Positions 37,377-47,557 of a stretch of 62,469 nt of DNA are shown piece after piece (position 1 is the stretch's first letter; each line of letters starts with the position of its first letter). A program made the translations under genes and the position numbers. The notes beneath the pieces are model-generated. The model was not told the origin of the DNA, did no database searches, and saw only the letters and a list, made by a program, of their open reading frames with translations. Origin of the DNA: an uncultured Vicinamibacteraceae bacterium (GTDB taxonomy: Bacteria > Planctomycetota > Phycisphaerae > Phycisphaerales > UBA5793); NCBI GenBank assembly GCA_964585855.1, contig CAZPFK010000008.1, positions 1-62,469 of the forward strand. The letters are read 5' to 3'.

Positions 37377-38286
37377 GGGTGATCACCTTGATCTCTCGAT
37401 TGATTCGTCGGAAAAGGCCCGCAAGCACTTTGCCGGGCGGCAGTTCATGATACTGGCCGGCGACGGTCGCGGCCAGAGTTTCACAGCCCTGATGCCAGAG
37501 AACGGGGCTGGTGATCTGCTCGACGAGACGGCGACGGATGGCATCGGGGTCGTCGGCGGGGTGGAAGGCGGCGGTGACGTTGGAGATCACCGGGCAGGTC
37601 GCGGGGCGGAACTCGACTTCGTCCAGCGCGGCCTTCATGCGGTCGGCGGCGGGCTGCATGAGGGGTGAGTGGAAGGCGCCGGCGACGGTGAGGCGGCTGG
37701 CGCGGAGGCCCATGTCGGCGGCGACCTTCTCCGCGCGGTCGCAGGCGGGTGAGGAGCCGGAGATGACGATCTGGCCGGGGGCGTTGAAGTTGGCGCAGAC
37801 GAGCACATCATCGCCGCGAGCGGCGTCGCAGACGGCGTTGGCCTGCTGCTGGTCGGCCCCGATGAGGGCGACCATGGAGCTGTCAGTGGCTTCGGCGGCT
37901 TCCTGCATGAACCGGCCGCGCTGCGCAACAAGGCGGAGGCCGTCTTCGAAGGAAAAGACGCCTGCGAGGTGCAGCGCGGTGTATTCGCCGAGACTGAGGC
38001 CTGCGACGGCGGCGATGGTTCGACCCTTGAATTCGTCGGCGAGGCCGCGGAAGCCGGCGATTGCGGTGACGTAGAGGGCGGGCTGGGAGACGTCGGTGCG
38101 ATTGAGGAGCTCGGCCGGTCCGCTGAAGCAGAGGTTGGAGAGAGGCGCGGGGAGGGCTCCGTCGAGGATGGCATCGGCCTGTGCGAAGAGGTCGGCGGCT
38201 GCGGGGGAGGCGTCGCGCCAGGCGAGGCCCTGGCCGACGGTCTGCGCGCCCTGTCCGGGGCAGAGAAGGATGATCGGCTCACTCAC
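37357..38286 (-). CDS. fabD: Malonyl-CoA:ACP transacylase
   Basis: GQGAQ, GLSLGEYTAL (nucleophile Ser) and AFHSPLM. Confidence 0.95.
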   Translation of the reverse strand: MSEPIILLCPGQGAQTVGQGLAWRDASPAAADLFAQADAILDGALPAPLSNLCFSGPAELLNRTDVSQPALYVTAIAGFRGLADEFKGRTIAAVAGLSLGEYTALHLAGVFSFEDGLRLVAQRGRFMQEAAEATDSSMVALIGADQQQANAVCDAARGDDVLVCANFNAPGQIVISGSSPACDRAEKVAADMGLRASRLTVAGAFHSPLMQPAADRMKAALDEVEFRPATCPVISNVTAAFHPADDPDAIRRRLVEQITSPVLWHQGCETLAATVAGQYHELPPGKVLAGLFRRINREIKVITHDTPQP

Positions 38287-38337
38287 GAGAGTTGTTCTCC
38301 TGAGATGTGACGAGGCGAAGGGAGGGGGTGATGCGGC

Positions 38338-39384
38338 TCAGAGACGCCAGACGCTTGAGGCCCAGCACATGCCCGCGCCGAAGGCGACGAGCACGACGAT
38401 GTCGCCGCGACCGATGCGGCCGGCTTTCCAGAGTTCATCGAAGCAGAGCGGGACGCTGCCGGCGCTGCTGTTTCCGTAGCGATCGATGTTGATGTAGACT
38501 TTTTCGGGAGGCAGGTTGAGGCGGCGCATCGCGGACTCGATGATGCGGGCGTTGGACTGATGCGCGATGAGCATCTTGATGTCGCCGACGGTGAGGTGGT
38601 TGGCCTCGAGGGCCTCCTCAAGGGCAGACTGGAAGGTGGTGACGGCGAACTTGTAGACCTCAGCGCCATCCATCTGCAGGTAGTTGAGCTTGACCTCGTT
38701 CCAGTCGGCATCGGCGGGCGCGTCGATCTCGCGGCGGGCGCAGTAGAGGTTGTGCCAGCGGCTGCCGTCGGAGTTCATGGACTGGAACATGCAGCCCTCG
38801 GCGGGGTTGTCGCTGCGCCGGACGACGACGGCACCGGCGGCGTCGCCGAAGAGGATGCAGGTCTTGCGGTTGCTGTAGTCCATGATGGTGCTCATGGCGT
38901 CGCAGCCGACGATGCCGATGGTGCGATATCGGCCGGCGCGGATGAGCGATTCGGCGAGGTTGAGGCCGTAGACGAAGCCGCTGCATGCGGCCAGGAGGTC
39001 GAAGGCGCCGGCGGGTGAGGCGCCGACGGCGTCGGCGACGCGGCAGGCAACACTGGGGAAGGTCATTTCGCCGGTGACGGTGGCGACGATGACGAGGTCG
39101 AGTTCGGAGGGCTGGATGCCGGCGTCTTCGATGGCCTTAGTCAGCGCTTCGATGGAGAGCGAGAGCGTACCTTCGCCCTTCGAGACGTCGCACTTGCGGC
39201 GGACTTCGACGCCGGTTCGCTTCACGATCCAGTCGTTGCTGGTATCAAGAATTTCTTCGAGGTCGTGGTTGGAGAGGGTTCCGGAGGGCAGGGCGCTGCC
39301 GCAGCCGAGAATCCGCACGCCGAAGCCGCACTCGGTTTGCTTGGTCATGAGTCGGTCCGCCCGTGCTGGGGATTCAGTTGACAA
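38338..39384 (-). CDS. fabH: Beta-ketoacyl-ACP synthase III
   Basis: AACSGFVYGL (Cys), HQSNARI (His) and NSSAGS (Asn). An alternative ATG start is at 39348. Confidence 0.95.
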   Translation of the reverse strand: MSTESPARADRLMTKQTECGFGVRILGCGSALPSGTLSNHDLEEILDTSNDWIVKRTGVEVRRKCDVSKGEGTLSLSIEALTKAIEDAGIQPSELDLVIVATVTGEMTFPSVACRVADAVGASPAGAFDLLAACSGFVYGLNLAESLIRAGRYRTIGIVGCDAMSTIMDYSNRKTCILFGDAAGAVVVRRSDNPAEGCMFQSMNSDGSRWHNLYCARREIDAPADADWNEVKLNYLQMDGAEVYKFAVTTFQSALEEALEANHLTVGDIKMLIAHQSNARIIESAMRRLNLPPEKVYINIDRYGNSSAGSVPLCFDELWKAGRIGRGDIVVLVAFGAGMCWASSVWRL

Positions 39385-40390
39385 CGGCGTCGAGTTCGGC
39401 GAGGCGCTTGACGATGGCTTCGTTGAGGCCGAACTTGACCATGTTGCGGCTGTGCCTGATGGCGTTGGTGATGGTGCGGGCTTCGGATGAGCCGTGGCAG
39501 ATGATGCAGGTTCCGTTGACGCCCAGGAGGGGGGCTCCGCCGAACTCGTGGTAATCGTGGTTGGCGTAGATCCGCTGGATGACGGGGCCGAAGGACTGGG
39601 CCATGGAGGGATCGTACTGCATCAGTTCCTTGCCGATGGTTCGGAAAAGACCTGAGGCAAGACCCTCGCTGAGCTTGAGCACGACGTTGCCGACGAATCC
39701 GTCGGTGACGACGACATCGGCGGCGTGCTCGAAGAGTTCGCGGCCTTCGATGTAGCCGATGAAGTTGATGTCGCTGGTTTCCTTGAACATCTCGCGGGTG
39801 CGCTTGACCAGGCCGGTTCCTTTACCCTCTTCCCCGCCGATGTTGAGGATGGCGATGCGCGGGGAGGCGATCTTGTGAACCTGGCGGGCGAAGATGTCGG
39901 CCATCATGCCGTATTGCCAGAGGTGGGCGGGCTTGGGGTCGGGGTTGGCGCCGACGTCGCAGAGCACGACGGGGCCGCCGAAGCTTGGAATGGTGATGGC
40001 GATGCCGGGGCGGTGGACGCCGGGTAGGCGTCGCATGAGCATCTGCGCGGCGGAGACGCAGGCGCCGGTGTTGCCTGCGGAGATGATGATGTCGACAGGG
40101 TTGTCGGATTTCCGCCCGGCCATCTCGGTCATCTTGACGATGGCGCTGTCGGGCTTGGAGCGCACAGCTTCCACCGGAGAATCGCTCATGGCGATCTCGT
40201 CGGAGGAGCCGACGACGGAGACGCGGCGGTCGGAGACGCCCTTTTCGGCCAGGGTCGAGCGGATGGTCGTCTCTTCGCCGACGAGGATGAGCTCGTCGTC
40301 GGGTGCAAGCAGGGAAAGCGACGCAATGGCCCCGTCAAGGGTGGCCTTGGGGGCGTAGTCGCCGCCCATCACGTCAAGCGCGATCCGCAT
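39374..40390 (-). CDS. plsX: Phosphate acyltransferase
   Basis: MRIALDVMGGDYAP, GNTGA and GFVGNVVLK. Confidence 0.95.
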   Translation of the reverse strand: MRIALDVMGGDYAPKATLDGAIASLSLLAPDDELILVGEETTIRSTLAEKGVSDRRVSVVGSSDEIAMSDSPVEAVRSKPDSAIVKMTEMAGRKSDNPVDIIISAGNTGACVSAAQMLMRRLPGVHRPGIAITIPSFGGPVVLCDVGANPDPKPAHLWQYGMMADIFARQVHKIASPRIAILNIGGEEGKGTGLVKRTREMFKETSDINFIGYIEGRELFEHAADVVVTDGFVGNVVLKLSEGLASGLFRTIGKELMQYDPSMAQSFGPVIQRIYANHDYHEFGGAPLLGVNGTCIICHGSSEARTITNAIRHSRNMVKFGLNEAIVKRLAELDAVVN

Positions 40391-40393
40391 ACG

Positions 40394-40579
40394 TTATTCT
40401 TCCTCGCCCTGCGTCTGGAGTTGCAGGCCGGGCCGCACATATCCGCAGGCGGAGCAGGCCCTGTGTGGGAGCTTGGTTTCACCGCAGGAGGGGCAGAGGA
40501 CGGTCTGCCGCGCCTTGAGGGCGTCGTGGGCACGGCGGCGGTGGGTGCGGCCGTAGGACTGTCGATGGGTGGGTTGCAT
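40394..40579 (-). CDS. rpmF: 50S ribosomal protein L32
   Basis: 61 aa with RRRAHDAL ... CPSCGE...HRACSACG, in the conserved position upstream of plsX. Confidence 0.9.
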   Translation of the reverse strand: MQPTHRQSYGRTHRRRAHDALKARQTVLCPSCGETKLPHRACSACGYVRPGLQLQTQGEEE

Positions 40580-40813
40580 TGGAGCAGGCCTCGTTTGAGT
40601 CAGGAGGTGGCGATTCGGGCCTCAGAGAGGCCGAAGCGCTCCGCGCCGGCCCGAACCGGAGCGGGAGAAAGTGGAACGGCAGAGTCTATGCCGGGAGGGT
40701 AGAGAAGCCAAGACGGGGATGGTGCGTGAGCGGCTTGACCGTCGGCGGGAGGGGACTAGCGTATGTCCGCCGGGTTTGAGGGTGACGGCGCGGCCGTTTG
40801 TCCTCCGATTCGC

Positions 40814-40886
<73 letters not shown>

Positions 40887-40910
40887 TTTTGCGCGCGCTT
40901 GAACTGCCGG

Positions 40911-43900
40911 TCATCGGAGACGAATCTGTTCAAGATACGACTTCTCCCAGCGTACGAAAAAGTCGCTGTATAGGTCGCCCGCCGTGTGCTCAAGCGCCTC
41001 CAGGCGTTTGGCCACTTCGGGCGGTAACCGCTCGGCAAACTCGTCAAAGGTCGTTTCGCCGAATGGAAACTCGTGGGCCTCAAGAATCGCTACGAGCTCC
41101 ACGAAGCACTGGCGCAATTCGTCGGCCCTGATTCTTTCAAGAGCCTGCTCAGTCGGTGCGATCATCTCAGACCCGTACCAGTTGAAGAAACTGGAAAGTC
41201 CATGTCCGCCGTAATAGGAGTTGAAACGCATCAGGGCGATTGTGTCACGCTCAAACTCGTCGTATTTCGAGAGATCCCAACCGAGTTGACCCTGGCGGAG
41301 GGCCAGTCGGCGTCCGATGTTCCAGAACCTCGCTTCAAGGTCCAGGTCTGTCTTGATCCGCAGATCGCGCCAGCGGACTTCGAGCGGGTCTTCCCGGTCG
41401 CCGACGCCGTGGACCTGCAGGCCGATGAAGCCCGAGGGGGTCATGTCGTCGCGGATTTCAGCCGCCGGGACGCCGTTGATGTAGGTGCGGATGGTGGGGC
41501 CGACGGCCTCGATGCGCAGGCGGTTCCACGCACCCTGGCGGAAGGCGGCGCGGGCGCGGGGGTTGTCGGCGAGATCCGCCAGCCAGCCGCGCCGGGCCTC
41601 GTCGTAGATGCCTGCGGAGTAGGAGCGGGGCGAGGGGTCGATCTCCACCTGGTAGCCGTGAACACGGCCGTCCTGATAGTCGGGAAGACTGTTGGAGCGG
41701 ATCTGGATGCCGGAGTTGAGTTCGGGATCGACCTTGAACTGGAGTTCGAGGATGAAGTCGTCGTAGTGGCGGTCGGTGCAGAGGAAGGTGTTGGGCTGGC
41801 CGGGCTTTGACGTGCCGACGATGGCACCGTCTTCGATGCGATACTCCGCCTCGCCGCCCCGACGCGTCCAGCCGGCGAGGGAGGAGCCGTCGAAGAGGGG
41901 GACGAAGCCGGTCGCCCCTTCGCCCTCCCAGGTGGGTGGACGCTCCTCGATCCAGATGTCGCGGTAATGGAGGATGTTGCCGTGATCCTGGAGGTAGATG
42001 GGGCCGGGCTCGGGGGACTCCGGCCGGCCCGCGCCGGTGTGGCCGGAGATGCGGACGCGGTCATGGATGAGGATGCCGTTGTGCCAGACGGAGACGATTG
42101 CATCCTCGACCTTCTGCCCGTCGCCGGTCCAGCGCGGGGCGGTGAAGTCGATGAGGTACTCCTGCCACTGTCCGGGCGGACGGGAGGCGTTGAGACGCGG
42201 GACTGCTCGCCCGTAAATGCCGCCGCAGTCCGACCACGAGGGAGGCAGACCGAAGGATTCGAGCACCTGCACCTCGTAGCGCTGCTGGAGGTAGACGCCG
42301 CTGTTGCCCCGACCCTGGCCCTCGCCTTCGACATCGGCGGGGATCATGAAGCCGACGTGGAGGAGGAAGTCGTTGTAGCGAGACTTTGTGCGGATGGAGC
42401 CGGTTCCCGGGGCGACGGTGAGGATGCCGTCTTGGAGAGTCCAGCCGGGGGCCTCGCCGTCAGCGCGTTCCCAGTTGCCGAGATCGTGCAGGAGGAGTTC
42501 GGCGTCGGCCGTTTGCGGGGAGACTGCGTCCCACTCGACGGGCGTGACGCCGTCGGCACGGTCGCCGTCAGAGCTTCGCAGGCGGCAGGAGAACTCCCAG
42601 CCGCCGGCTCCCTGCGTGATCTTGAGGAGCAGGATGTTGCGGCCCTTGCGAAGGGTGACGGAGACAACGTCCTGACCGAGTGTGTGGCCGCGGAGGGCGT
42701 TGTCGGCGTGGATGAGTTCGCCGTTGAGCCAGGCCTTGACGCCGTCGTCGGAGCCGATGTGGAGACGGATGTCAGCGTCGGAGTCTGCGTGCAGTTCGGC
42801 GCGGAGGTAGACGCAGCGATCGCTGCCGCCGACGGCTCGTGCCAGATCGAAGATGCCGGGGTCGCGTCGGCACTCGGGAGAGAGGACGACCCAGGGGATC
42901 GTTTCATCGACGGAGGCGAGTTCGGGCGGGAAGGCGATGTCGAAGAGGTCGGTTGGGGCCGAGCCGGGTCGGTCGTAAGGCCCTGCGATGAGCCAGGAGC
43001 GGATGTACCCCTCGCTGAATTCAATTCGCTCTATGACCTGCCCTGCGCGATGCTGCACTTCTGAGGACGGGGACCGGCCGATGACGGCTTCGACGGCGCT
43101 GCGGGCCTGAGCCGGGTGGGAGGCGGCGAGACTTGAGGCGAGGTCGAGGGCGGCGTGGGCGGCCACCTCGCCGACGGCGGGGTCATCGAGCTCGGAGAGG
43201 GCAAGTTCGAGGGCGTCGAGGCGGGGAATCTGCGCCAGTTGCTTCAGGGCGGCGGCACGGGCATCCGGAGTCCTGTAGAGGTCCCAGCCCTGCTTCAGGA
43301 GTTCGAAGGAGAGGTCGGGGTCGCCGGTCGTATCGATTCCCGCAAGTCGGATGTATCCGGCCAGGGCAGTGAGCGCGCGATCGGGGTCACCGTGAGTCAC
43401 GATCCTGTACAGGAGTTGGGCGGGCGTATGGTCCGGCCAGCTGACCAGGGCCTCCAGCGCGGCCCATTCAAGTTCCGGGTCTTCAAGGCGGAGTTCCACC
43501 TGGGCGAACGCGTTATAGCCGCCCAGAGAGCCGAGGAGCGCCAGCAATCGGCGCTTGAAATCTACATCGCCGGTTTCCAGTGCGGCGATGATCGCCTCAG
43601 TGCGCACTTCCGGATCGGATGTGCGCAATGCGATTGAACGCAGTGCGGTCGCGGCGGCGTTGCGGTCGGGGGCGTCGGGGCGGGTCTGCATGATCTCGAG
43701 AATCGCGGAGACGTGGTCAAGAGTGCCGAGGTCGGCAAGGGCTGCAAGCGCAGCGCGGCGGACTTCGGGCTCCTCACGGCGCGCTGCGCGGAGCAGCGAG
43801 CCGGCGGCGTCGGCACGGCGGGCGCGGAGGGCGTTGATGCGGACGATGGCTTCGGCCGGCGCGGCGTCGAAGAGGGAGCGGGCGATGGCGCCGTTGATCT

Positions 43901-45083
43901 CGCTTCCTTGCAGACGGGTCAGGGCGGCGGCGGCCGCGGCCCTCGGAACTTCGCTTCCCGTTGCGGCGTGAGCAACGAGCGTGGTAACATCATCGGGATC
44001 GCCGAGCGCTCCCAGCGCGGAGAGGACGGCGATGCGAAGGTCTTCGGAGTCGGCCGTCACCAGGTCGCGCAGCGGGCGCAGGACGATCGGATCGCCGCGA
44101 TCGGCAAGGGCCTCAACGACGGCAATTGCGGCGGCATTGTCGAGGGTGGAGAAGCGAGAGGCGATCATGGCCGCCTGCTCGGAGCGGCCTGCGGTGCGGA
44201 TCATCGCCAGGGCCTCAGCGCGGCGGGCCGGACCGCCGGAGCGGACCATCGTGAGGATGGCTTCGACGGCGGATTCGTCGCCCGATTCAAAGCGCAAGCG
44301 CATGGCAGAGAACGCCAGAGTGCTGTCTGGCGCGGAGCGCGACGCTGCCAGCGCCAGTGCGGAGAGACGCTGGTCGCGATGGGCAGGGTCGGTCAGCGAT
44401 TCGGCAGTGCGGAGGAGGGCGTGGGTGATCTCATCGCCCAGCGGGGTGGCGGCGGGGTGCTTGTCCGCCAGGTGCATCAGCGGGGTGAGTGCGTTGGAAT
44501 TGCTGGAGGATCCCAGGGCGCGGGCGGCGAGAATGCGGAGATCGTCGGGCTCCGCGGCGTTGTCACAGAGATGGGCGAGGGCGGAGAGCGTGTCGTGGGA
44601 ATCATTGGCGCTGAGGGCGGTGATGAGGGCAGCGCGGTCAGGCAGGTTGGGGTTGGCGAGGGCAGCGCGCAGGGCGTCGACGGCGGCCTGCGAGCCGATT
44701 CTCCGAAGCGTTTCCGCTGCGGCATGGGCCAGCGTCTCATCGGCAAGACAGAGGGCAAGGGGCACGATGGATCGCTCGCCGCCGACAAGGGCCAGCTGGT
44801 TGACGGCGAACATGGCGGCGTCGCGGTGGGGGACGGCAGTGAGCAGATTGATCAGGCGTTCCTCGAGGAGCGGCCGCTGAACTGGATCGCCGTGCAAAGC
44901 GCGGATGTGCTGCTCGATGAGGATGAGATCGGCCCGGCTGTCGCCGAAGTCGTATTGCTTCGCGTCCACGAAGGCCTCGTTGAGGCGGTCGGGCTCGACC
45001 GGCTGCGCGGGGGAGGCCTGGGCGATGAGGCAAGCGATGAGCACGGGCAGGAGGCGGGAGAGCGGGGGAAGTGGAGCGTTCAT
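40911..45083 (-). CDS. Giant secreted multidomain protein: HEAT repeats + jelly-roll-like domain + 2x DUF1080 + C-terminal DUF4375/DMP19-like module
   Basis: Signal peptide [26 protein letters not shown]. About 650 aa of Ala/Leu-rich HEAT-like repeats. DUF1080 signatures ([11 protein letters not shown] ... [21 protein letters not shown], and [10 protein letters not shown] ... GFIGLQVHG ... VRWRDLRIK). C-terminal [17 protein letters not shown] resembles DUF4375. Confidence 0.75.
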   Translation of the reverse strand: MNAPLPPLSRLLPVLIACLIAQASPAQPVEPDRLNEAFVDAKQYDFGDSRADLILIEQHIRALHGDPVQRPLLEERLINLLTAVPHRDAAMFAVNQLALVGGERSIVPLALCLADETLAHAAAETLRRIGSQAAVDALRAALANPNLPDRAALITALSANDSHDTLSALAHLCDNAAEPDDLRILAARALGSSSNSNALTPLMHLADKHPAATPLGDEITHALLRTAESLTDPAHRDQRLSALALAASRSAPDSTLAFSAMRLRFESGDESAVEAILTMVRSGGPARRAEALAMIRTAGRSEQAAMIASRFSTLDNAAAIAVVEALADRGDPIVLRPLRDLVTADSEDLRIAVLSALGALGDPDDVTTLVAHAATGSEVPRAAAAAALTRLQGSEINGAIARSLFDAAPAEAIVRINALRARRADAAGSLLRAARREEPEVRRAALAALADLGTLDHVSAILEIMQTRPDAPDRNAAATALRSIALRTSDPEVRTEAIIAALETGDVDFKRRLLALLGSLGGYNAFAQVELRLEDPELEWAALEALVSWPDHTPAQLLYRIVTHGDPDRALTALAGYIRLAGIDTTGDPDLSFELLKQGWDLYRTPDARAAALKQLAQIPRLDALELALSELDDPAVGEVAAHAALDLASSLAASHPAQARSAVEAVIGRSPSSEVQHRAGQVIERIEFSEGYIRSWLIAGPYDRPGSAPTDLFDIAFPPELASVDETIPWVVLSPECRRDPGIFDLARAVGGSDRCVYLRAELHADSDADIRLHIGSDDGVKAWLNGELIHADNALRGHTLGQDVVSVTLRKGRNILLLKITQGAGGWEFSCRLRSSDGDRADGVTPVEWDAVSPQTADAELLLHDLGNWERADGEAPGWTLQDGILTVAPGTGSIRTKSRYNDFLLHVGFMIPADVEGEGQGRGNSGVYLQQRYEVQVLESFGLPPSWSDCGGIYGRAVPRLNASRPPGQWQEYLIDFTAPRWTGDGQKVEDAIVSVWHNGILIHDRVRISGHTGAGRPESPEPGPIYLQDHGNILHYRDIWIEERPPTWEGEGATGFVPLFDGSSLAGWTRRGGEAEYRIEDGAIVGTSKPGQPNTFLCTDRHYDDFILELQFKVDPELNSGIQIRSNSLPDYQDGRVHGYQVEIDPSPRSYSAGIYDEARRGWLADLADNPRARAAFRQGAWNRLRIEAVGPTIRTYINGVPAAEIRDDMTPSGFIGLQVHGVGDREDPLEVRWRDLRIKTDLDLEARFWNIGRRLALRQGQLGWDLSKYDEFERDTIALMRFNSYYGGHGLSSFFNWYGSEMIAPTEQALERIRADELRQCFVELVAILEAHEFPFGETTFDEFAERLPPEVAKRLEALEHTAGDLYSDFFVRWEKSYLEQIRLR

Positions 45084-45121
45084 ATGGAACTCCGATCGGC
45101 GGAAGTGGTTGCGGAGCAGCG

Positions 45122-46444
45122 TCAGAGCAGCCAGGGAGCCCGGGGAGTGCGGTCGAGCATCGCCGAGGCGGTCGGGTCGTTGAGGATCTCCTCGGTGAGT
45201 GGGTTCCAGCGCAGCTCGCGGCCGACCTGCATGGCGATGTTGCCGAGGTGGGCGATGGCGATGGAGCGGTGGGCGTGCTCGATCGGGGCGACGGGCTCCC
45301 GGCGGGTGCGCACGCAGTCGAGGAAGTTCTGCGTGTGGTCGTCGGAGACGAAGAGACGGTCCTCGTGCGCGGCGATCGTCTCATTCAGAATGGAGGCCGG
45401 CTGCGCTTCGATGCGGCTCCGGCTGACAAAGAGGCGACCATGCTCGCCTTCGAAGAGCACACCGTTCTCGGCATCGCTGGTTGCAATCAGGAGCGCGCCG
45501 GTGTCGTACTCGCATTCGATCCGGTAGGTGACCGGGGCGTTCCAGAGGCCGTCGGCGGGATAGGTTCCGGCAGCGCGGATGCGGTGCGGGCCGGAGTTCA
45601 TCGTACCTAAAGCCCATTGCGCGATGTCGAGGTGGTGGGCACCCCAGTCGGTGAGTTTGCCGCCGGAGTAGTCGAGGATGTGGCGGAAGTTGTAGTGGGT
45701 GCGCTGCTCGCAGTAGGGGGCGTATGGGGCGGGGCCGAGCCAGAGGTCATAGTCGAAGCCCTCGGGGACGGGGATGGGCGGGTGGTTGCCGGTGACTTCG
45801 CCTCCGGGCAGACCGCAGGTAATGCGGTGAACGCGGCCGAGGCGACCGTTGCGGATGAGTTCGCAGGCCTTGCGGAATCGGGCGTCGCTCCGCTGCTGGC
45901 TTCCGGTCTGGAAGATTCGGCCGTAGCGGCGGACGGCGTCGCTCATGGCGCGTCCCTGACCGATGGTGTGGGAGAGGGGCTTTTCGCCGTAGATGTCCTT
46001 GCCGGCGCGGGCGGCCAGGACCGTCTGGGCGGCGTGCCAGTGGTCGGGGGAGGCGACGATGACGGCGTCGATGTCCGCACGAGCGAGGAGATCGCGAAAG
46101 TCGTTGAAGTCGTCGCAGCCGTGATACTCCGATCCGGACTGGCTGCCGTAGAACTCTTCAACGGTCTTCTTCGAGGCGAGTCGACGAGCGCGATCAGGGT
46201 CACAGACGGCGAGGATCTGCACTTCCGGTTTGCGGATGAAGTTCCAGAGGTTGGCGTTGCCCATGCCGCCGCAGCCGATAAGGCCGACGGTGATGCGTTC
46301 GGAGGCGGCGATCCGGCGTGCCCGGCCCCAGGTCGGGGCGGTGAGGATGAAGGGTGCGGCGAGGGAAGCAGCGAGGAAGCGGCGTCTGGAGAGCGGCGTG
46401 GAAGTGGTCATGGGCGTGCCTCGCGACTGAGTTGAACGGGTCAT
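45122..46444 (-). CDS. Gfo/Idh/MocA-family oxidoreductase with a Tat signal
   Basis: [16 protein letters not shown] twin-arginine leader, the [10 protein letters not shown] Rossmann motif and an EKP motif (GEKPLSH). Confidence 0.9.
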   Translation of the reverse strand: MTRSTQSRGTPMTTSTPLSRRRFLAASLAAPFILTAPTWGRARRIAASERITVGLIGCGGMGNANLWNFIRKPEVQILAVCDPDRARRLASKKTVEEFYGSQSGSEYHGCDDFNDFRDLLARADIDAVIVASPDHWHAAQTVLAARAGKDIYGEKPLSHTIGQGRAMSDAVRRYGRIFQTGSQQRSDARFRKACELIRNGRLGRVHRITCGLPGGEVTGNHPPIPVPEGFDYDLWLGPAPYAPYCEQRTHYNFRHILDYSGGKLTDWGAHHLDIAQWALGTMNSGPHRIRAAGTYPADGLWNAPVTYRIECEYDTGALLIATSDAENGVLFEGEHGRLFVSRSRIEAQPASILNETIAAHEDRLFVSDDHTQNFLDCVRTRREPVAPIEHAHRSIAIAHLGNIAMQVGRELRWNPLTEEILNDPTASAMLDRTPRAPWLL

Positions 46445-46588
46445 TCTGTGGAGAAGGTATCGCCGCGAGGCCCTCGATGCAACGGGTTCGGCGGGGCAGG
46501 AGTGCGGATTGCAGAGTTCCGGGCCGATCCTGGGTTCGGAGCGCCACTACACTCCGGGGCCGAGAGAGGCAGCCCGGAGGCGTTGTGG

Positions 46589-47551
46589 ATGTTGAGACGT
46601 CATTCCTGCAATCCGCTGTTGACGCGACGTGATGTGCCGGATGTGCCGCCGCACGTTGTTGACGTGACCTCGGTTTTCAACCCGGGGGCGGTGCGCTGGC
46701 GCGAGCGCGACCTGCTGATGCTGCGGGTGCAGACGAGAGGGCGGGAGACGGTGTTGATGCCCGCGTGGAGCGATGACGGCGTGAACTTTGAGATCGAGCG
46801 TCGCATCGTTGAGATTGTGGGTCTCGACGGGGTTGATGCCACGGTCTATCACGTCTACGACCCGCGCCTGACGGTGATCGATGATGTGCTCTACATGACG
46901 TGCGCTGTTGACATCGACAACGCCTGCGTGCTCTCACTTGCGCGCAGCACGGATGCGCAGCGATTCGAGCTGCTCTTCTTCGGAACCGAGTACGAGTCGC
47001 GCAACGGGGTGCTCTTTCCGCAGATCTTCGGCGATCGCTACCTCATGCTCGAACGCCCCAACCGGGTCACAGTCGGCGGGGGTGTGACGACGGGATCGGA
47101 GATCGTCCTGTCGGAATCGCGCGATCTGCGAACGTGGCGACCGATCGGCCCGGTCATGGAGGGGCGGTGTCACTACTGGGATGAACTCATCGGCTCAGGC
47201 CCTCCGCCGGTGATGACGCGGGAGGGATGGCTGCATGTCTACCACGGGGTTGCGAGGCACTTTGCGGCGGGGATTTATCAGGCGGGCGTCGTGCTGCTTG
47301 ATCTGGACGACCCGTCGAAGGTCCTCGCGCGGGGGCGGAACAACATTCTTGAGCCGCGCGAGATGTGGGAGATGGTGGGGCAGGTTCCCAACGTAGTCTT
47401 TCCCTCGGGGATGATCGTCGATGGGATGGACGGCGAGGGCTTTGCGGGGGAAGAGAGCCGGGTGCGGATCTACTACGGCGCGGCGGACACGGTGATCGGG
47501 CTGGCCGAGGGCACGGTGGGAGAGTTGCTGGCGGCAGCGCGGCTTGAGTGA
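46589..47551 (+). CDS. GH130-family beta-mannoside phosphorylase/glycosidase
   Basis: VFNPGAVRWRERDLLMLRV, WSDDGVNFE, RNGVLFPQ and RIYYGAADTVIGLA. ATG 46589 is preferred over the ORF-track start 46448. Confidence 0.8.
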   Translation: MLRRHSCNPLLTRRDVPDVPPHVVDVTSVFNPGAVRWRERDLLMLRVQTRGRETVLMPAWSDDGVNFEIERRIVEIVGLDGVDATVYHVYDPRLTVIDDVLYMTCAVDIDNACVLSLARSTDAQRFELLFFGTEYESRNGVLFPQIFGDRYLMLERPNRVTVGGGVTTGSEIVLSESRDLRTWRPIGPVMEGRCHYWDELIGSGPPPVMTREGWLHVYHGVARHFAAGIYQAGVVLLDLDDPSKVLARGRNNILEPREMWEMVGQVPNVVFPSGMIVDGMDGEGFAGEESRVRIYYGAADTVIGLAEGTVGELLAAARLE

Positions 47552-47557
47552 GGGCGA

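Noticed and set aside
40735-40763. A sigma-70-like promoter TTGACC-N16-TAGCGT about 50 nt upstream of tRNA-Lys.
   Set aside because: It is plausible, but it is a single weak by-eye match in GC-rich DNA with no supporting evidence, so I do not report it as a feature.
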